64,000 nucleotides of DNA from Bugula neritina (taxonomy: Eukaryota; Animalia; Bryozoa), in NCBI GenBank assembly GCA_964035545.1, contig OZ037765.1, positions 1,674,001-1,738,000 of the forward strand, given 5' to 3'. The position numbers and the translations under genes were made by a program. Shown here in pieces: positions 58,501-64,000 of the stretch. The notes beneath the pieces were generated by a model. It saw nothing but the letters and a program-made list of their open reading frames with translations. It was not told where the DNA came from and did no database searches. Position 1 is the first letter of the stretch. Every line of letters begins with the position of its first letter.

Positions 58501-61500
58501 ATCAGCATTTTGCATTTATTTCAGGCCAAATGTTAGTCTGAGTTAATTGAGTTTAGTCATTGAACTGCATGTGATGGGAAATTAGCAGTCATGTTACCAA
58601 TATTTTCAATAATTTACAATAATTGGTATTTGCATGACAATAACTCGCATCAGTGAAATCATAATTTGTATTGGTAGGGTAGGAGCAGCCGTGGTCTAGG
58701 GGTTAAAGCGTTTGCTTTGTGAACACGAAGTCATGGGTTCGAACCCCGACAAAGGCCATTGGTGATGTTAGGAAGAGCATCCAGTCATAATTGCTCCTGT
58801 GCCTCTTTTGAACAAGTCCTTAGCCCGTTCTAATAAAAACTCTTTCCAACAGGGGATTCTCACAGCAACTATAAACTTGCGTGAGTATTGGTAGGGTAGT
58901 ATTTGGTATTTGTATGGAAATATATAAGGGGTATTAGTATTGGTATTAGATGAAACCTAAGTTACAAGGATGCTGTGACATGATACCTACTATTTCATAG
59001 CTAGGTCATCACGAGATTTTTCTAGAAACATGCTTTTAGAAATGAACAAGTGATATGAATTTCTTGGCTGACGTGCTCATTCACTGCTTTAAGATAGGCT
59101 TTCAGCGTCGACTAGAATTGATGAATTAACAGGCAGTGTTTTACTGTTTCAGAAGACTGAACTATATATATATACTTAGTTGATAGTAGACTGTTTCTTT
59201 GGTTCTTTTAAGATCTTTAGCCAACACATGAGGAAGAAATTCACATGTTGATGAAGAGTAGTCAGTTTTAGTATTCACACTATCATAATTATTTAATACT
59301 TTGCTTAGTAATTATCAACAAGTTATCATTTTCATTAGCAGACAACATTGTAGCGCGCAGTCTTTTTCTACTTCTCAGATCAATCTGGCGTCTTTCCATG
59401 GTCTTATTGACATGAGATCGATTTGAGTTCGAGCTCCACAGACCGACCAGCTCAAATTGACGGAGATCGATCTTTGGCGTCTTTCCATCGATCGATCTCA
59501 CTGAGATCGATCCATGGAAAGCCGGTGAATTGCTCCTGTGCCTCATCCAAATTAAAAGTCCTTAGCCCGCTTTAACAAAAACCTCTTCCATCAGGGGTTT
59601 CTCACAGGGATAGTGACTATAAACTTCCGTGAGTGAGTTTTTATTGTTTTTGCATTCAGACACAAGATGGATTAAAATTGGGTCATGTTGGCTGGTTCAA
59701 CATTATTTGAATGAAATCATAAAAAAAGTTTCCCCGGTCATACCAATTATTTTACCTGACAGCTGATTTTTAGATTAAATTGTAAATCGTATATCAATGT
59801 TAATATAGAAGCGAGGTTTTTTAATGGTGATCACTGTTTAAATGAAAATAGCTGTGACTCGAGTTATAAGTAATAATTTTGATACTCAATAGATTAAATT
59901 TGGGAAAATTTTCTATGATGAGGCTTTGCTATGGGTATATCCAAGTAAAAATACTGTGTAATAACTTAAACTGTCTAATTCCAAAGCAGATGTCTACTCA
60001 GCATTACTAAAGAGTATCAGATAACATGAGTTCTTATAACAATACAAAATATTTTTTACACAATGCTAAAGCGAATCTGTTTTCATCATGGCCTATACAA
60101 GCGTGCCATTGTATTTCTAACATGTATCTAGCCATGTAGAATAATGTATACTTATTCAAATTGCTTAATAGATAGATTAGATTACGTGTAATATAAAACA
60201 TACCTTTCACTACTTAGAAGATGGGACAAGTATACAACTTATATTTTAAACTAGCAGTCGGTGTCATCCGAGATAGACGCTTCCCAGTTAGAAGCTATTT
60301 ATATATTTTGGTACAATATATATTCTATGTGCAATTTATTTGAATGTTATTGAAATATATGTGTATTTAAATAAAATTGAATCAATTGCTTGTTATTTAG
60401 CACATATAAATAAATTCCTTTGATCTGCATCAACTTCTTAATTTTGCATTTACTATACTTCTTGTTGTTTGAAAGAATATTTTGTTGATAAGTATTCATT
60501 AAAGATAATATCTATTAATAATGTACTACTACTTTTTTCCATACACATTTCCATGAAAATGGGAATACTATCCCAGATAATTTGTATGAGCTATTATAGC
60601 TATTATAAGCTATAGCTATTTAGTAATCAATGCAACATTTATATAGGTATGTTACTATATGTAATTGCACCAAAATAAAAATAGCGTCTAACTGGGAAGC
60701 GTCCATCTGGGATGAAACCTAGCAGTCAAAGGCATCTTTGAAAAAGCAAGTGTGCCAGTTTACTTCATTTAGTACACACCCGCAAATTATGACCTAACAT
60801 TAAAGTTTGCTCAAAATCCATTGAAATTTACTATACATGGTATTTTTATGTGCTGGTTTTAACTACGCATAACAGAAAAGGCTGGGAGGGAATTCCCCAA
60901 CATTAAATCACAGGTCATTGTCATATGCATTTAATATTCTATATGTTCGACCGTAACCAAAACTAGCTGAATAATTAAGGAAAAACATGGGAAATGAAGC
61001 AAAATTAAAAAGAACTTTGATTATTTAGGTGTATTTATTGGTGTTTTGCTAGTTTTGGCCAAAAAAACTATGTTCATTACCAGCTAAATTGTGAAAAATA
61101 GCCAAAAACTGAAGATTTCGAGTGTGTACTAAATTGAGTAAAATGACCCAAGTTGAATGGCACAGCACAAAATATACTAGAAAGTAGAAAGTGTATCAGC
61201 ATTTTGCATTTATTTCAGGCCAATTGTTCGTCTGAGTTAATTGAGTTTAGTTATTGAACTGCATGTGATGGGAAATTAGCAGTCATGTTACCAATATTTT
61301 CAATAATTTACAATAATTTGTATTTGCATGACAATAACTCGCATCAGTGAAATAATAATTTTTATTGGTAGGGTAGTAATTGGTATTTGTATGGAAATAT
61401 ATAAGGAGTATTAGTATTGGTATTAGATGAAACCGAAGTTACAAGAATGCTGTGACATGATACCTACTATTTCATAGCTAGCTCATCACGAGATTTTTCT

Positions 61501-63365
61501 AGAAACATGCTTTTAGAAACGAACAAGGGATAGGAATTTCTTGGCTGACATGCTTATTCACTGCTTTTAGATAGGCTTTCAGCGCTAACTAGAATTGATG
61601 AATTAATAGGCAATGTTTTGCTATTTCAGAAGACTGAACTATATATATATACTTAGTTGATAGCAGACTGTTTCTCTGGTTCTTTTAAGATCTTTAGCCA
61701 ACGCACGAGGAAGAAATTCACCGACTAGTGCTAAAAGTAATGCCTTATTCACACTACAGCTCAAAGTAATGCCCTGTTCACACAACAGAACTTACCCAGA
61801 ATTCATATGCTAAGATTATAGTCGGCTTAACATCATTTCTTCATGCTACTCTGAGACAGCTGCTGCACAGATTAAGTTGATGAAGAGTAGTAAATGTTAG
61901 TATTAACACTAACCATGTGTAGCATGGGCTAATAAGCTAACAAACTGGATTACTGGGAGAGCATAGGATTAGTGACTCAATAGCAGTCTAACACTGCACT
62001 ACATATATTACAGGAGTAAGAGGAACTAAAGGGGAGCCGGGTAAAGATGGAAACCCTGGTAAAGATGGAGAGCTCGGTAAAGATGGACTCCCTGGTAAAG
62101 ATGGAGAGCCTGGCAAAGATGGAAGCCCTGGCAAAGATGGAAGCCTTGGTAGAGATGAAAAAGTTAACCTCCATGGTAAGTTATCATGGTGGTTAGTTAA
62201 TTAGATTATTACAACTTAATCTGTGCAGCAGCTGTCTCAGAGTAGCATGAAGAAATGATGTTAAGCCGACTATAATCTTAGCATATGAATTCTGGGTAAG
62301 TTCTGTTGTGTGAACAGGGCATTACTTTGAGCTGTAGTGTGAATAAGGCATTACTTTTAGCACTAGTCGGTATAATACTTCGGGCTACACCATTTGCACA
62401 TGAATATCAGAAGATTCAAACCAAATTTGTTTTTTTCTAAGGTCAAGGTCAAGATGAAATCTCTAGGAAGGGAAAATCTACTGATGGAACTCCAAATTCT
62501 TCAACTTCGAGATTGTTCAGTTTTAAGAAAAGTAAAGGAGATTCAGGAGTGGATGAAAGTGTTGGCCCCCCTGTACCAGTTGGAAAAATTAGTGCCAAAC
62601 CGAGAAAGATTCCCAAAAAGCTGAAAGGTGCTGTTGAATCAGTTGCTAGTGTAGGGAATACTGAAAGTGGTTCTGTATTCACAAGATGGGGTAGTAGTGA
62701 CTGTGGAGAGGAGTCAGATAGAATATATGAAGGCAAGCTACATAAAACTAGCTATATTTAACAACTACATGAAATGACATATCAAATGTAAAAAATGTCA
62801 AATACTTTCATAATCTTTTGAGAATGTTGTTAAAAGATTTTTTTAGGCTTTGTAGGCGGGTCTTGCAATGAGGGAGGTACAGGGGGCGGGACAAACTTTC
62901 AGTGTCTGCCTCTGATTGGTCCACAGTATTATCCAGAAAGTATAGAGAATGAGTTGTGGTACGGTTCCTGGATAAATGGACCTGAATACCAGAGTTATGA
63001 CTCACAGCTTTATTCTGACATGCCGTGTGCTAGATGTTACACCAAGACGCGGTCGGCTTTCTTGATGATTCCAGCTAAGAGAGATTGTCTTTCTGGGTGG
63101 ACAAAGGAGTACGAAGGTAAAAACCTAAGGCTAAATAGCTGAAATGGTAATAGAGTTGTTGTGTATCTATAGACTGTAGGTGTGGAATTTGAGACTTGTG
63201 TTCTAGTGCATGGTATAGGCCACTATTGATACTTTTATATTTTAAGCAATTATTTTCACTAGCGCTCGGGCGCGAGCACACAGCCACACACACACGCACA
63301 CGCACATGCACACGCACACGCACACGCACACGCACACGCACACACACACGCACACACACACACAA

Positions 63366-63396
<31 letters not shown>

Positions 63397-63824
63397 TGAA
63401 CGCACGCACAAACATGCTCACGCATGCACAAACATGCACACGCACACACACACACACACACACACCACACAAATGTGCACACACACATGCACACACACAC
63501 ACATGCACACACAAACATGCACATGCACACACCACACACACACACACCCGCACACACACACACACTCGCACACACGCACACACACACACACACCTTATTG
63601 ATGGAGAATTTTGTATACTTATAGGGTACTTAATGACCCCTCAAATAGACCACCCCCACCCTGGCACGTACGAATGTGTGGACGCCCACACTAAATATGA
63701 ACGAGGACGAGAAACAGATTTCTTTCACTTTGTTAGAGCTTCATGCGACGAAGATGGATACACGGAGAGTGGTCTTCTTTATTCCCCCAATAAGAATCTA
63801 GCCTGTGTAGTCTGTACAAAGTAG
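55521..63824 (+). CDS. Paralog C: short-chain collagen C4 (spongin)-like secreted protein, 402 aa, 7 exons
   Basis: Exons 55521-55545, 56039-56214, 56778-56862, 62014-62175, 62442-62732, 62847-63116, 63625-63824 total 1209 nt. Hydrophobic N-terminus, coiled coil, 16 Gly-X-Y, then FTRWG..C..YEGFVGG..GGG..CLP..EY..PCARC..LMIPAKRDCLSGWTKEYEGYLM..YECVD..LACVVCTK, which I recognise as the short-chain collagen C4 C-terminal domain. Confidence 0.88.
57155..57360 (+). mobile_element. tRNA-derived SINE
   Basis: A-box-like tgatctagggg, B-box ggttcaagccc, shared core, gagt tail. Confidence 0.85.
57988..58427. mobile_element. MITE family 1, left end damaged
   Basis: Same body as 60260-60719; right TIR ..gggatgaaacc intact. 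Confidence 0.8.
58683..58884 (+). mobile_element. Full-length tRNA-derived SINE with 15-bp TSD
   Basis: A box tggtctagggg, B box ggttcgaaccc; TSD gtattggtagggtag at 58668-58682 and 58885-58899; empty site at ~61363 in duplication copy 2. Confidence 0.93.
59529..59637 (+). mobile_element. SINE 3' half at the duplication junction
   Basis: Matches 57252-57360. Confidence 0.8.
60260..60719. mobile_element. MITE family 1, complete copy
   Basis: ~40-bp imperfect TIRs (ggtgtcatccgagatagacgcttcccagttag / ctaactgggaagcgtccatctgggatgaaacc); TSD tagcagtc at 60252-60259 and 60720-60727. Confidence 0.9.
60752..61149. mobile_element. MITE family 2 (398 bp, ~31-bp TIR, 4-bp TSD aagt)
   Basis: gtgccagtttacttcatttagtacacac..gtgtgtactaaattgagtaaaatgaccc; absent from duplication copy 1 (caagttgaatgg near 58456). 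Confidence 0.85.
61720..62371. repeat. Perfect 160-bp inverted repeat (61720-61879 / 62212-62371) enclosing the collagen exon
   Basis: Checked base by base, 160 of 160 complementary. Confidence 0.97.
63276..63592. repeat. (CA)n compound microsatellite
   Basis: Direct. Confidence 0.97.
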
Positions 63825-64000
63825 TTGTGTTGGAGCGTATAGAGTTTTTATTATATTATTAGGTTTTTAATTTATTGTGTTTTTAAAATTGCAGTATTAT
63901 AATAATTTTTACAACTTTTATTGTTTTGGTGTTAGACTTGGTCTGTTTTAAACATATGCTTCACTTTTATTTCTCTAAAACCTTCTCATGCTTTAGAAAC

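Larger units (their letters stand above)
57252..61915. repeat. ~2-kb tandem duplication inside paralog C intron 3 (copy 1 ~57252-59285, copy 2 ~59529-61915)
   Basis: Long collinear near-identity, with different insertions in each copy. Confidence 0.92.

Noticed and set aside
58683-58760. tRNA gene (His-like loop TTGTGAA)
   Set aside because: The acceptor stem does not pair; it continues into a shared SINE body and is flanked by a TSD.
63075-63624. Long His/Thr and Cys/Val ORFs
   Set aside because: Translations of the (CA)n microsatellite; only 63625-63824 is a real exon.

Overview
Eukaryotic, AT-rich, intron-dense genomic DNA from an invertebrate animal; no prokaryotic features. (1) 1668-38099 (+): an inositol 1,4,5-trisphosphate receptor gene (ITPR) missing only about its first 120 codons, which lie upstream of the window. 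I traced 49 phase-consistent exons (7707 nt including the stop) plus a candidate 39-nt cassette exon at the position of the vertebrate ITPR1 SII splice segment. (2) 39206-41795 (-): a ~857-aa ankyrin-repeat protein encoded in one coding exon, convergent with ITPR. (3) ~44500-63824 (+): three tandem paralogs with the layout signal peptide, coiled coil, Gly-X-Y collagen. Copy A is decayed, copy B is intact but stops after the collagen, and copy C is a full short-chain collagen C4 (spongin-like) gene with a Cys-rich C-terminal domain. The cluster also holds tRNA-derived SINEs, two MITE families and a ~2-kb intronic tandem duplication. Most striking observations: a perfect 160-bp inverted repeat, shown to be a recent templated insertion, brackets only the symmetric collagen exon of copy C; and the ITPR gene repeatedly carries tandem repeats copied from its own splice junctions and stop codon, two of which are in-frame 30-nt ladders of intact 5' splice sites. 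All coordinates were read by hand and no database searches were run.
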